Part shown: one piece after another, positions 34,756 to 44,316 of the stretch
Layout of the letters: each line of letters begins with the position of its first letter
Numbering within the stretch: position 1 is the stretch's first letter
NCBI GenBank assembly: GCA_020343435.1
Contig: CP070794.1
Span: forward strand, 239,558-303,557
Length of the DNA stretch: 64,000 nucleotides
From: an archaeon
GTDB taxonomy: Archaea > Nanobdellota > Nanobdellia > Pacearchaeales > UBA284
Reading direction: 5' to 3'
Position numbers and translations under genes: made by a program
The notes under the pieces: generated by a model
Seen by the model: only the letters and a program-made list of their open reading frames with translations
Told to the model about the DNA's origin: nothing
Database searches by the model: none

Positions 34756-34822
34756 TTTTGCCCCTAGCTTTCTGAGAGAGGCTTTGGCTTTTTAAATAAT
34801 TTCTGGTAGAAAAATATAGTAT

Positions 34823-35185
34823 TTATGAGAATAATTCTGGATTTCTAGTATTAGTAAAATAGTGATTTCTTAATGCTTGTGCTACTGCAGTTTCAACAGC
34901 ATAAATTGGGACCATTCTACCATCAGGTCTTTCTTTGGTAGCTGTTCCCCTCCATTTATCTTGGGGAGTTTGAACTAAAGAGTATACCTCGTTTCCAGTA
35001 GAATCTCTGATCACGAAACGTTTTGTTCCTATTCCGTGGCGAGGTTCAACATCCCAAGAACCCAGACGTGTGTCTGGAGCAATTGCCCCTCTCTCTTTTA
35101 ACTCTTTTGCTTTTTTATGGGCCACAAAGAATAAATTGGGCCCTTTTTCTGCTATTCCAACAAGACCGCAACCACCACATACCAT
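34823..35185 (-). CDS. Hypothetical protein (ORFan class)
   Basis: 120-codon ORF between mcm and tbp with its own T/A box about 28 nt upstream of the ATG. Hand counts: K 8, R 10. No family recognised. Confidence 0.5.
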   Translation of the reverse strand: MVCGGCGLVGIAEKGPNLFFVAHKKAKELKERGAIAPDTRLGSWDVEPRHGIGTKRFVIRDSTGNEVYSLVQTPQDKWRGTATKERPDGRMVPIYAVETAVAQALRNHYFTNTRNPELFS

Positions 35186-35244
35186 GTTTCTCTTATTTTT
35201 TATATATTTAAAAAGATTATTATAATAAAAAGAAAAAAGAAAAA

Positions 35245-35832
35245 TTACTGAATTTGTTTTAAAACACGCCTTGTGTTCTTCATAAGTTTCTTCATAGCTT
35301 CATCTAACTGTTTTCTATTCTTAGTTCCTGTACAAACAAGCTTTCCATTACTGAACAATAAGAAAGTTGCATTTGGTTCCCCTAATTTATATACTAAACC
35401 TGGGAATTGTTCAGGTTCATACTCAGTATTTTCTAAAACTAAAGCTAATTTGTTCAGATTTAGAGTTAAGTCTATAGAACCACTTGCTACAATGTTCTGT
35501 ACAAAGATCTTTGGCTTTCCTTTAACCTTAACATTAATCTTTCTTAGTTGTTTGATAACTTGTTTTATTACCTCGTTAACCTGTATTGTGCTTTTTGTTC
35601 CTGTACATACTAAATTTCCTGAACTAAAAACAAGAACTGCTGATTTTGGTTTCTTTATTCTTAGAACTAAACCAGGAAACTGTTCTGGATTATATTCTGT
35701 GTTTGCTTGGCTTCTAACTAGTTTTACTAAAGGAACTTTGGTTCCTAGAGAAGTTGTAGCTACAATATTTTGTATTTTTAAGTTAGATTTTTTAGAAGAT
35801 GTTGTCTTTTTAGTCTTTTTCTTCTTAGCCAT
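35245..35832 (-). CDS. tbp: TATA-box binding protein
   Basis: Two direct repeats: NIVATTSLG..EYNPEQFPGLVLRI and NIVASGSID..EYEPEQFPGLVYKL. Confidence 0.95.
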   Translation of the reverse strand: MAKKKKTKKTTSSKKSNLKIQNIVATTSLGTKVPLVKLVRSQANTEYNPEQFPGLVLRIKKPKSAVLVFSSGNLVCTGTKSTIQVNEVIKQVIKQLRKINVKVKGKPKIFVQNIVASGSIDLTLNLNKLALVLENTEYEPEQFPGLVYKLGEPNATFLLFSNGKLVCTGTKNRKQLDEAMKKLMKNTRRVLKQIQ

Positions 35833-35884
35833 GAAATTTATAGAAAAATGGGCTTTATAAAGGTTTTTAAAAGGCTCGAGGAGT

Positions 35885-36427
35885 TTAGATCTTCAATTTT
35901 TTAATAACTCTTTGGATTTGTTTTTCTAAATGATCTAAAGTTTTAGAATTATCTATTTGAAAATCAGCTAGTTTTTTTGTTTTACTTAAATGAAAAGTAG
36001 CCTCTTCTATTGCATCAAAATGATCAAATTCATGAGAAGTTTTTGGATCTCCCTGTCTATCTCTTTTTTTTAATCTTAAGAATCTTTGTTTAGGATCAGC
36101 ATCTACAAAAATCATAGGCATTTTTACTTTTTTCTTGAATAATTTTGCTTCTTCAGGATATCTTATTCCAGAAACTACTGCTTTTTTAAGATCTCTTTCA
36201 GCTATTTCAGATATAGCCATTTCTACAAGGATATCTTCTCCATATCTTTGTTTTATCTCATGTTGTAATCTTCTTAAATTATCTCTTAATGGTTTTACTT
36301 TTCTGTGTCTCTCTATCTTTCTTAAGAAATCACTCATAATTATCTTAGTAAATCCCTTCTTTTTAACAAAATAATTAGCTACAGTGTCTTTTCCAGAACC
36401 AATTGTTCCAGTAACTCCAATTATCAT
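35885..36427 (-). CDS. P-loop nucleotide kinase (CoaE / NMP-kinase-like)
   Basis: MIIGVTGTIGSGKDTVANYF is the P-loop. Size is 180 aa. GAGGT SD lies 6 nt upstream of the ATG. Confidence 0.55.
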   Translation of the reverse strand: MIIGVTGTIGSGKDTVANYFVKKKGFTKIIMSDFLRKIERHRKVKPLRDNLRRLQHEIKQRYGEDILVEMAISEIAERDLKKAVVSGIRYPEEAKLFKKKVKMPMIFVDADPKQRFLRLKKRDRQGDPKTSHEFDHFDAIEEATFHLSKTKKLADFQIDNSKTLDHLEKQIQRVIKKLKI

Positions 36428-36545
36428 TCTAACCTCTTTTTATTTAATAATCTAAGAACTAATTTAAAGGTTATTAGTTAATTGTTACCTCTTTCAAGTA
36501 ATTATACATAGAAAAATTTATAAAGAAAAAAGAATTTGAAAAAAT

Positions 36546-37589
36546 ATGGCACAAGATCTCTTTGATTCAGTTAAAGAATCTGGGAAGAAACCTGAAAAAG
36601 AAACTGGAACCACAAAAGAAGAGAGTCTTCCATTACTTGGAATTTTTGCAGAATATTTGGGGGTCACCCCTAAGGAAACATTTTCATTAGAACCTGATCC
36701 TGCAACACATTTTCCAAGAGGGAGTATATTTTTAACTAGTCAAGAAAGATTACTAAGGAAAGCAGGATTATGTCCTGAAAGTCCAGAGGTTTATTCTCAA
36801 CCTTTATTTGATGCTCGTATAAATGAACGTTTGGCTCATCCACCAAGAGCTCCAGAATCCAGACATCTTCCATTAGTTAGGCCTCCTTTAATCGGTGCTA
36901 GTGGGGGGAGAGCGCGAAAAGGAAGAATTTTACCAACTGGGTTAAAGAGATTGATATGGGAACATTTAGTAGATTTGTCTAGGTTAAATCTTCCATTTGA
37001 AGAATATGTACAACAAAGAGCTAGAGATATCGCACATGTTAGAGATGTTGTTGTTAGAGCATATGAAGAAGAATTAAAATTTGCAAAAGACAACCCCCGA
37101 CCAAATGTTAAAGAACGTTGGAGTGAGGAAGCTAAATCAAGAGCTGCAGAAACAATACAAAGATTAGATGCTATTGGGGAAATTAGAGAACAGGCAATTA
37201 AAACATATCATGTTGATCCTCTTGATATGGTTATATGGGATAGCGAAGATGCACATTATTTATTAGATCCTCCTGAGAAAGTATCCCTTGGAGATAATGA
37301 ATTTGATTGGATGTTTCCTGTTCAATCTGGAAGAGCAATGCTTCGAGAAAATTATCTCCTTCCAATTCCCACAGGAGATATAGATAGGAGAACTGCTAAG
37401 AAAAAAACATTTGTAGCTTATAGTATTCCAATTTCTTTAGGAGATTTTACAGGATTATTGCATGAAGCAGGCTTAGTTTCAGAACATGAGATGACCCCTT
37501 TTACTAGTGCTCTTTTTAATAGGCCAGTTTGGGAAGCTACTAAAGTAGCGTATAATGTTATGGATGGAGATGCTGAAGAAGCAGATTAA
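36546..37589 (+). CDS. Hypothetical protein (ORFan class)
   Basis: 347-codon ORF. TTTATAAA at 36517 lies 29 nt upstream of the ATG. The stop shares a TTAA with the convergent EF-2 stop. Confidence 0.5.
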   Translation: MAQDLFDSVKESGKKPEKETGTTKEESLPLLGIFAEYLGVTPKETFSLEPDPATHFPRGSIFLTSQERLLRKAGLCPESPEVYSQPLFDARINERLAHPPRAPESRHLPLVRPPLIGASGGRARKGRILPTGLKRLIWEHLVDLSRLNLPFEEYVQQRARDIAHVRDVVVRAYEEELKFAKDNPRPNVKERWSEEAKSRAAETIQRLDAIGEIREQAIKTYHVDPLDMVIWDSEDAHYLLDPPEKVSLGDNEFDWMFPVQSGRAMLRENYLLPIPTGDIDRRTAKKKTFVAYSIPISLGDFTGLLHEAGLVSEHEMTPFTSALFNRPVWEATKVAYNVMDGDAEEAD

Positions 37590-39751
37590 TCTAATCCTTT
37601 TCTTTGTCTAATTTGTCTTACTATCTTATCTTGTAGATCTCTTGGTACTGGTGCAAATAATTGATCAACAATATAGAAAGTTCCTCTTCCCTCTGTTGCT
37701 GATCTTAGATCATTACTTAATCCAATCATCTCACTAACTGGCATCTGTGCTCTTATACTTACATGTTCTCCTTCTTGATCTACATTAAGTAACTGTCCTC
37801 TTTTACTTTGAATGATTTTTGAAACCTCTCCCATATATCTAAAAGGAGATTCTAATTGGATAACTTGTAATGGTTCATAAAGAACAACACCAGCATCTCG
37901 CATTGATAATCTAATAGCATCTCTTACAGCTGGAAGAACTTGAGCAGGACCTCTGTGAATTGCATCTTCATGAAGTTTAGCATCCATTAAAGATATTTTT
38001 AATTTAGTACATGGTTCTTTTGCAAGACTTCCTGCATCTACTATTTGTTCAAAAGCTTGCATTGCTAATTCTATAACTTCCCCAATTGCAACAATTCCAC
38101 TTGTTTCATCTAAGAATACACAATCTTTGTAAATCTCTTTGTAATCTCTTGCTTCATTATTATCTACTCCCAAACTTGTTAATATTTTCCACAAGTTTTG
38201 ATCTTTTTTCTTAATTTTCATATCTCCAATTTCTCCTGATTTAATAGCTTGATAAACAGGATCTTCTAATGGTTGAACTCTTAAAAAGAAGATATTATGT
38301 TTGTTTGGAGATCTTCCTTCAAATGTTTTTCCTGGTTTAGTTATTGTTTCTCTGAAAACAACGATTGGTGGAGAAGCTGTTACATCAACTCCTTTTTCTG
38401 TTTTAATTCTTGTAGTTACAACATCTAAATGTAATTCTCCCATCCCAGATAATAAGTGTTGTCCTGTTTCTTCATTAATCTCTACTCTTATAGAAGGATC
38501 TTCTTTTCCAACTTGTCTTAGAACATTGATTAGTTTAGGTAAATCAGCTGGTTTCTTTGCTTCAATACTTGATGTAACCACAGGTTCGAAAATATGTTTT
38601 AGAGCTTCAAATGGTTCTATGGGTTTAGTTGAAACTGTTTCTCCTGCAAAAACATCTGTTAATCCTGCAACTCCAACAATATTTCCTGCTGGTGCTTCAT
38701 CAATAACAAATCTTTGTGGTCCTTTGTAAACATTAACTTGTTGTGCTTTAACCCATCTCTTAGCTTGGTTTAAGTATAATTCTTGTCCTCGTTTTATTGT
38801 TCCTGAGAATAATCTTCCTGCTGCAACTTCTCCTGCATGTTTATCAACAACAATTTTTGTAGGTACAAAAATTACTGGTCCTTCAGGATTTGTTGCTAAT
38901 AAGGATTTTCCTTCTTCAGATTCTAATTCTCCGTGCCAGAATTTTGGAATTCTGTATTTTTGTGCTTCAACAGGATTAGGAAGATGTTTAATAACCATAT
39001 CCATAACTACTTTGTATATTGGTGCTTTTTTCATTAATTCTTTTATTTTTTCTTGAGATTCTGTTTCATAAGCTTCTGTTATATCTGAGAATTTAATTCC
39101 AGTATCTTTCATATATTTTAGACTTAATGCCCATTTATCTTTTCCAGAACCAAAACAGAAAGATCCTTCTTTAACATTAATTACCCACTCATCTTTGAAT
39201 TCTGGAGGAACTATTGATAAAATGAATTTATTAACATCTGTTATGATCTGAATAAGTTTTTCTTGAATCTTGTTTGCTGGAAGTCTTAATTCTTTGATTA
39301 ATCTATCAGCTTTGTTAATAAATAAAGTTGGTTTAACTTTTTCTCTTAATGCTTGTTTTAATACTGTTTCTGTTTGTGGCATCATTCCTTCAGCTGCGTC
39401 TACTACTACAATTGCTCCGTCAACAGCTCTCATAGCTCTTGTAACATCTCCTCCAAAATCTACATGACCAGGAGTATCTATTAAATTGATAAGATAATCT
39501 TTTCCTGCAACTTCATGAACCATATTAACATTTGCAGAATCAATTGTTATTCCTCTTGATTGTTCATCTTCATGAAAATCCATATAAAATGCTCCGCCAG
39601 CAACATCTTCAGATAACATTCCTGCACCTGCAAGTAAAGAATCTGTTAAAGTTGTTTTACCATGATCAATATGAGCACAGATACCTATGTTTCTAATTTG
39701 TTCTGGTTTCTTCATTAATTCTAGAATCTTTTTTGTTTTATCATCTACCAT
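37586..39751 (-). CDS. fusA: Translation elongation factor aEF-2
   Basis: AHIDHGKTTLTD, DTPGHVDF and NKADR G-motifs. Diphthamide-site LHEDAIHRGPAQ. Confidence 0.97.
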   Translation of the reverse strand: MVDDKTKKILELMKKPEQIRNIGICAHIDHGKTTLTDSLLAGAGMLSEDVAGGAFYMDFHEDEQSRGITIDSANVNMVHEVAGKDYLINLIDTPGHVDFGGDVTRAMRAVDGAIVVVDAAEGMMPQTETVLKQALREKVKPTLFINKADRLIKELRLPANKIQEKLIQIITDVNKFILSIVPPEFKDEWVINVKEGSFCFGSGKDKWALSLKYMKDTGIKFSDITEAYETESQEKIKELMKKAPIYKVVMDMVIKHLPNPVEAQKYRIPKFWHGELESEEGKSLLATNPEGPVIFVPTKIVVDKHAGEVAAGRLFSGTIKRGQELYLNQAKRWVKAQQVNVYKGPQRFVIDEAPAGNIVGVAGLTDVFAGETVSTKPIEPFEALKHIFEPVVTSSIEAKKPADLPKLINVLRQVGKEDPSIRVEINEETGQHLLSGMGELHLDVVTTRIKTEKGVDVTASPPIVVFRETITKPGKTFEGRSPNKHNIFFLRVQPLEDPVYQAIKSGEIGDMKIKKKDQNLWKILTSLGVDNNEARDYKEIYKDCVFLDETSGIVAIGEVIELAMQAFEQIVDAGSLAKEPCTKLKISLMDAKLHEDAIHRGPAQVLPAVRDAIRLSMRDAGVVLYEPLQVIQLESPFRYMGEVSKIIQSKRGQLLNVDQEGEHVSIRAQMPVSEMIGLSNDLRSATEGRGTFYIVDQLFAPVPRDLQDKIVRQIRQRKGLD

Positions 39752-39753
39752 TT

Positions 39754-40338
39754 TTACCTTGCAGAATCAGCTTGTTTTTCTGTTTCTGTTTTCTTTTTAA
39801 CTGCGAAACTATCTGGAGTTCCTTTGGAAGCATTAATTATTTCTGTTGCTAAAGTTTCTGCGAATTTTACTTTTTTATTAAAAGATTTATCAAACGCTCC
39901 ATGAACTAAATGTTTTAATGCAATGTCTACTCTTCGATAAGGAGCACAATCAACAGCTTGAGGATATCTTGCTCCACCATACTCTATTGTTGTAATCTCA
40001 TCGTGTGGAGCAGCATTCTCTATTGCTCTTACCAGAACTTGAATAGGATTTTCTTTAGTTCTTTCTTCTATGATTTTGAAAGTTTGAAGTAAAGTTTTAG
40101 CATGTTGATTATATTTTCCAGTAACTTTTGTAATTATCTTATGTTTTTTTCCTCTATGACCTGGAACAGCTATTTTATTCATTAATCTTTCAACAATATT
40201 AACTTTAGTTTTACCAAATCTTTCTCTGTGTCTTCCATGAGCTTTAATTAATAATTTTGGTTCTAAGTTAATGCACTTTTGCAAACTAATATCTTGTACT
40301 TTAACATCAGAACTGTCATAAATATCGAATATTTTCAT
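39754..40338 (-). CDS. rps7: Ribosomal protein uS7
   Basis: KLMNKIAVPGHRGKKH..., QAVDCAPYRRVDIALKHL. Position upstream of EF-2. Confidence 0.95.
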   Translation of the reverse strand: MKIFDIYDSSDVKVQDISLQKCINLEPKLLIKAHGRHRERFGKTKVNIVERLMNKIAVPGHRGKKHKIITKVTGKYNQHAKTLLQTFKIIEERTKENPIQVLVRAIENAAPHDEITTIEYGGARYPQAVDCAPYRRVDIALKHLVHGAFDKSFNKKVKFAETLATEIINASKGTPDSFAVKKKTETEKQADSAR

Positions 40339-40616
40339 TTTTTAACAAAAACAATCCCTCTTCTTGGTTTATATCTATAATCTCCATATTCTGTAAACTC
40401 ATCAAACATAAAAGGGGTTGTTGGTTCTTCTCTACCTTCCCTTTGAACATAAACTTTGGTTAGACCAGGTAATCTCAAAATACTTAGTACAACTCTAACC
40501 ACTTTAACAGGAACTGTTTCTTCTCCGGGGTTTGTACGAGCTGTTTCTGGGTGTCCATAAGGTATTAGATTAAGTTCAATACCTGGAGCCAACTCAACAA
40601 ATCTACTCCTAACCAT
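40335..40616 (-). CDS. 93-aa ORFan inserted between rps12 and rps7, translationally coupled to both
   Basis: ATG 40616 lies one nt after the S12 TAA (40620-40618). Its TGA overlaps the S7 ATG as ATGA (40338-40335). The protein is MVRSRFVELAPGIELNLIPYGHPETARTNPGEE..YRYKPRRGIVFVKK. The track start 40637 is inside rps12. Confidence 0.55.
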   Translation of the reverse strand: MVRSRFVELAPGIELNLIPYGHPETARTNPGEETVPVKVVRVVLSILRLPGLTKVYVQREGREEPTTPFMFDEFTEYGDYRYKPRRGIVFVKK

Positions 40617-40617
40617 T

Positions 40618-41040
40618 TTATCTTCTACCTTTCTCAATCTTTCCTCTAACTAATTGTCTTAGAGTTTGATCATTTACTTTAATAACTTGGAATCTTACGC
40701 AAGGAATATCTCCTTTAGCTCTTCCTTGTTTTCCACCAATACACTCAATCATAACTTCATCATGTTCATCAATATGTTTTTGTGCTAAGTTTCCTGGAAC
40801 AAATGCAGCTACTTTTTTATTAGATCCAGATAATTGAACTCTTACACATTTTCTCATTGCTGAATTTGGCTGTTTTGCTTCTAATTGAATCTTTTCAAGA
40901 ACAATTCCTTTTGCTTGACTATCTCCCCCTAAAGGATCTGATTTTGCTTTTAATCTTAATGTTCTCTTTTTGTATTTAACGTTCTTCCATCTGAATTTCT
41001 TTCTTCTTTTCTTTAGTTTTCTTGCTGACATTAATCCCAT
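40618..41040 (-). CDS. rps12: Ribosomal protein uS12
   Basis: [15 protein letters not shown] and [20 protein letters not shown] signatures. Confidence 0.95.
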   Translation of the reverse strand: MGLMSARKLKKRRKKFRWKNVKYKKRTLRLKAKSDPLGGDSQAKGIVLEKIQLEAKQPNSAMRKCVRVQLSGSNKKVAAFVPGNLAQKHIDEHDEVMIECIGGKQGRAKGDIPCVRFQVIKVNDQTLRQLVRGKIEKGRR

Positions 41041-41061
41041 GGAGAATTAATTAAAAAGAGC

Positions 41062-41092
41062 TTTATAAAGGTTACTTGGAAACCTTTAAAAA
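41062..41092. promoter_or_regulatory. Back-to-back divergent TATA boxes for rps12 (leftward) and rpl15e (rightward)
   Basis: TTTATAAA at 41062-41069 lies 29 nt from ATG 41040 on the - strand. TTTAAAAA at 41085-41092 lies 29 nt from ATG 41114. This implies leaderless mRNAs. Confidence 0.55.
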
Positions 41093-41113
41093 CGTAAATT
41101 AAGTTTAGACTCT

Positions 41114-41689
41114 ATGAAATCAGCTTATACTTATCTCAGAGAAGCAATGCGTCAAAAAAGAGATACAAAAGAATGGCGGGAGTTGCTTACAAGATGGAGA
41201 AAATCTAGAGTTGTTGTAAGAACAGCTAAACCATTTAGATTAGATCAAGCTAGACGTTTAGGACTTAAAGCTAAGAAAGGATTTACAATTGCGAGAGTTA
41301 GATTAAGGAGAGGAGGACATAAGAAAACAAGACCAAGAGGAGGAAGAAGATCTAAACGAATGACTATTAAAAAAAGTTTGAAAATGAATTATAGATGGAT
41401 TGCTGAATCAAGAGCAGCAAGAAAGTTTCCTAATCTTGAAGTTTTAAATTCATATAAATTAGCTCAAGATGGTAGAAATTATTTCTTTGAAATTATATTA
41501 GTAGATCCTAAAATTCCTGAGATTCGAAAAGATAAGAATTTGAAATGGTTAGGTTCTAAGAAGAATAAGAGAAGAGTTTTTAGAGGTTTAACTTCTGCTG
41601 GGAGAAAATCAAGAGGATTGAGAAACAAAGGTAACAGGGCAATAAAAGTTAGACCAAGTGTTAGATCTGGTGGTAGAAAAGGTAAATAA
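41114..41689 (+). CDS. rpl15e: Ribosomal protein eL15
   Basis: AYTYLREAMRQKR..RLDQARRLGLKAKKGFTIARVRLRRGG is the L15e signature. Confidence 0.95.
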   Translation: MKSAYTYLREAMRQKRDTKEWRELLTRWRKSRVVVRTAKPFRLDQARRLGLKAKKGFTIARVRLRRGGHKKTRPRGGRRSKRMTIKKSLKMNYRWIAESRAARKFPNLEVLNSYKLAQDGRNYFFEIILVDPKIPEIRKDKNLKWLGSKKNKRRVFRGLTSAGRKSRGLRNKGNRAIKVRPSVRSGGRKGK

Positions 41690-41691
41690 AA

Positions 41692-42138
41692 TTAATGGGT
41701 AGGATCGTCTGAACCAGGACCTAAAGAAGAAACTACAGAATCAAGCAGGCTTGGATAAAGTTGTATGTAAATATCATTCTTTTTATCATATAAAACATAT
41801 CTTCTTTGTTCTTTTGGATTAGATTTATTGAAGGGTTCCACGCATAGTTCAAATCTGTAATATGGTTCTTTTCCCGGTTCCCCAATACTTCTTAGTTGTT
41901 GTATAAAATAAGTGCCCCAGCACCCCCATCTATTACGAACACGAAAGTACTGACCATCCATACTTGTAACCTCTCCAACAACTGGGCCATTATGATCTGT
42001 ACGCATCTCATTTCTTGAAGAATCCCAAATTCCGAATTCAAGTTTCCCAGGTTTTCCTGATCTTGTCCTCACAAGTTCTTTTAATGTTACTGGGTCTGCA
42101 GTCTTAGGAACAATATCCATGTTTAGTTCTAGAAGCAT
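41692..42138 (-). CDS. Hypothetical protein (ORFan class)
   Basis: 148-codon ORF convergent with rpl15e (2-nt gap). W/R/G/Y-rich. No family recognised. Confidence 0.5.
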   Translation of the reverse strand: MLLELNMDIVPKTADPVTLKELVRTRSGKPGKLEFGIWDSSRNEMRTDHNGPVVGEVTSMDGQYFRVRNRWGCWGTYFIQQLRSIGEPGKEPYYRFELCVEPFNKSNPKEQRRYVLYDKKNDIYIQLYPSLLDSVVSSLGPGSDDPTH

Positions 42139-42213
42139 TCTTTTTTAATTATTATTATGATATAACCTATATTTTGCCAAAAAATTTATATAGTACTTTA
42201 CTTTTCATAAGGC

Positions 42214-42423
42214 ATGGAATTACAATGTCAAAAGTGCAAGTATCAATTTAATTCTGAACGATTACCTAACCTATGCCCATTTTGTGGAGCTCTAAATATG
42301 GTTAGGAATGTCCCAAGTGCTTCTGAAATCTTAATGGAAGCTGCCCAACAAGAAGAAAAACAAAAAGAAGTAGAGCAAAGAAGAGAGGAATGGAAAAAGA
42401 GGATAAGCACTAACCAAGATTAG
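42214..42423 (+). CDS. Small zinc-ribbon protein with a charged C-terminal helix
   Basis: CQKC..x13..CPFCG. Confidence 0.5.
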   Translation: MELQCQKCKYQFNSERLPNLCPFCGALNMVRNVPSASEILMEAAQQEEKQKEVEQRREEWKKRISTNQD

Positions 42424-42457
42424 AAAGGATTTTAAATCAGGATTCTATATTATTTAT

Positions 42458-43291
42458 ATGTATGAATTATTAAAAGAGGTGATTAGCAGAGCTCAGAATC
42501 TGCATAAAAAATATCATATTAAAATCGCTTTTCCTGAATATGAAGATTCAAGGATTAGAAATGCTATTAGGATTCTTAAGTCAAAGAGGATATGTGAACC
42601 TGTTTTAGTAAAACCAGGATTCTTACATACATCTACAACAAGTTCTGTTGCTTTATTATTAAAAGGAGAAGTAGATGCAATTATATCTGGATCTCATCAT
42701 TCAAGTACAGATGTTCTATTATTAGCATTTAAGTTTAAAGATCCTGAAGTTAAGAGAGTTAGTGGAACAATGTTGATGATTCCTAAAAAAGGAATGCCAT
42801 TATTATTTGCTGATGTTGCTGCTCAACCCAATCCTAGTTCAGAACAATTAGCTGAAATTGCTCTACTTTCTGCTAAGAATTATAAATTAATTACAAGAAA
42901 GAAACCAGTTATAGCTTTGTTATCTTATTCTACCCATGGTTCTGGAAAAGGTCATAGACCATTAGAAATTAAGGAAGCTGTTAAAATTGTGAAAAGAAAA
43001 TCTGATTTTAAAGTTGATGGAGAAATTCAATTAGATGCTGCTTTAGTTCCTTGGATTTCTAAACTCAAGAATGCTGAAATTGAAGGTAATGCAAATGTTC
43101 TGATATTCCCTAATTTAGACTCTGGGAATATAGGTTACAAATTATTAGAAAGATTGGGAGAGTATAAAGCTGTTGGAGCAATATTGCAAGGTATGGAAAA
43201 ACAAGTTAATGATTTATCTAGAGGCTGTTCTGTAGAGGATATTATAAATTTAGCTGCAGTTACTGTTCTGCAGGTTGCTGAGAAAAAATGA
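42458..43291 (+). CDS. pta: Phosphate acetyltransferase (PTA_PTB family, short form)
   Basis: LSYSTHGSGKG, DGEIQLDAALVP, ANVLIFPNLDSGNIGYKL and NDLSRGCSVEDI motifs. Confidence 0.8.
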   Translation: MYELLKEVISRAQNLHKKYHIKIAFPEYEDSRIRNAIRILKSKRICEPVLVKPGFLHTSTTSSVALLLKGEVDAIISGSHHSSTDVLLLAFKFKDPEVKRVSGTMLMIPKKGMPLLFADVAAQPNPSSEQLAEIALLSAKNYKLITRKKPVIALLSYSTHGSGKGHRPLEIKEAVKIVKRKSDFKVDGEIQLDAALVPWISKLKNAEIEGNANVLIFPNLDSGNIGYKLLERLGEYKAVGAILQGMEKQVNDLSRGCSVEDIINLAAVTVLQVAEKK

Positions 43292-44316
43292 AAACAATAA
43301 TCTTTAATGTTGGTTCAACTAATTTGAAATATAATTTATATGATAAAAGACAAATAACCCAGAGAAAGATCTATTACAAGAATTCTAAGCAGTTAAAAGA
43401 TAAGATAAAGAAAGTCTTATCATTTAAACCAGATTTAATCATTCATAGAGTTGTTCATGGGGGAGATATGAAGAATTCTGTTATAACTAATTCTATTTTA
43501 AAAAAACTAGAAAAACTAAATGAATTAGCTCCATTACATAACCCTAGACAATTAGAAGTGATTAAGATATGTAGAAGATTATCAAAAGCTAAACAAATAG
43601 CTGTTTTTGATACAGCATTTTTCTTAGATTTACCAAAGATCTCTAAAACTTATGCTTTACCTAAGAAATTAGCTAAAAAATATCATATTCAGAGATATGG
43701 ATTTCATGGAATTAATCATAGATTTATGGAGAGCTATGTAAAAAAGAGAAAAGTAATCACTTGTCATCTTGGAGCTGGATCAAGTATTACTGCATGGAGT
43801 AACCACAAACCTTTAGATACAAGTATGGGATTCACACCATTAGAAGGAGTTATGATGGTTACAAGAACTGGTTCAATAGATCCTTCAATTGCTTTGTTTT
43901 TACAAGAGAAATTAAAACTAACTCCTAAAAATGTTTTAAAATTATTAAATGAAAAATCTGGATTCTATGGATTAACAGGTTCTAAAGATATTGAAAAGAT
44001 AGTGAATCAAAGAAAAAAATACAGATTAGCATTTGAATTATTCTGTTATTCTATTGCAAAACAAATATCAGCATATGTTGCTACATTAAATGGTTTAGAT
44101 TGTTTAGTATTCTCAGGAGGGATAGGAGAATTATCCTGGCCAACAAGAGAGAGGATATGTTCTTATCTTAAACACTTGGGATTAAAGTTATCTAGAACCG
44201 ATAATATTAAAAACAAGGAAGTTATATCCAGTTCATATTCAAAAATTAAAGTTTTTGTTGTTAAAGCTAATGAGGCTGAGGTTATGCTTGGGGAAGTTAA
44301 GAAAATACTGAAATGA
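43288..44316 (+). CDS. ackA: Acetate kinase (short form)
   Basis: IIFNVGSTNLKY, HRVVHGG, PLHNP, YGFHGINH, HLGAGSSITA, DTSMGFTPLEGVMMVTRTGSIDP and SGGIGE motifs. ATGA overlap with pta. Confidence 0.85.
   Translation: MKTIIFNVGSTNLKYNLYDKRQITQRKIYYKNSKQLKDKIKKVLSFKPDLIIHRVVHGGDMKNSVITNSILKKLEKLNELAPLHNPRQLEVIKICRRLSKAKQIAVFDTAFFLDLPKISKTYALPKKLAKKYHIQRYGFHGINHRFMESYVKKRKVITCHLGAGSSITAWSNHKPLDTSMGFTPLEGVMMVTRTGSIDPSIALFLQEKLKLTPKNVLKLLNEKSGFYGLTGSKDIEKIVNQRKKYRLAFELFCYSIAKQISAYVATLNGLDCLVFSGGIGELSWPTRERICSYLKHLGLKLSRTDNIKNKEVISSSYSKIKVFVVKANEAEVMLGEVKKILK

Noticed and set aside
35273-35860. A 195-aa ORF antisense to TBP, the same length as TBP itself.
   Set aside because: It is a shadow frame. 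In this antisense register, stops can arise only at sense Tyr/His/Gln codons preceded by particular third bases, and these are rare in tbp. The product is low-complexity, F/L/S/T-rich and has no promoter. TBP on the other strand is unambiguous.
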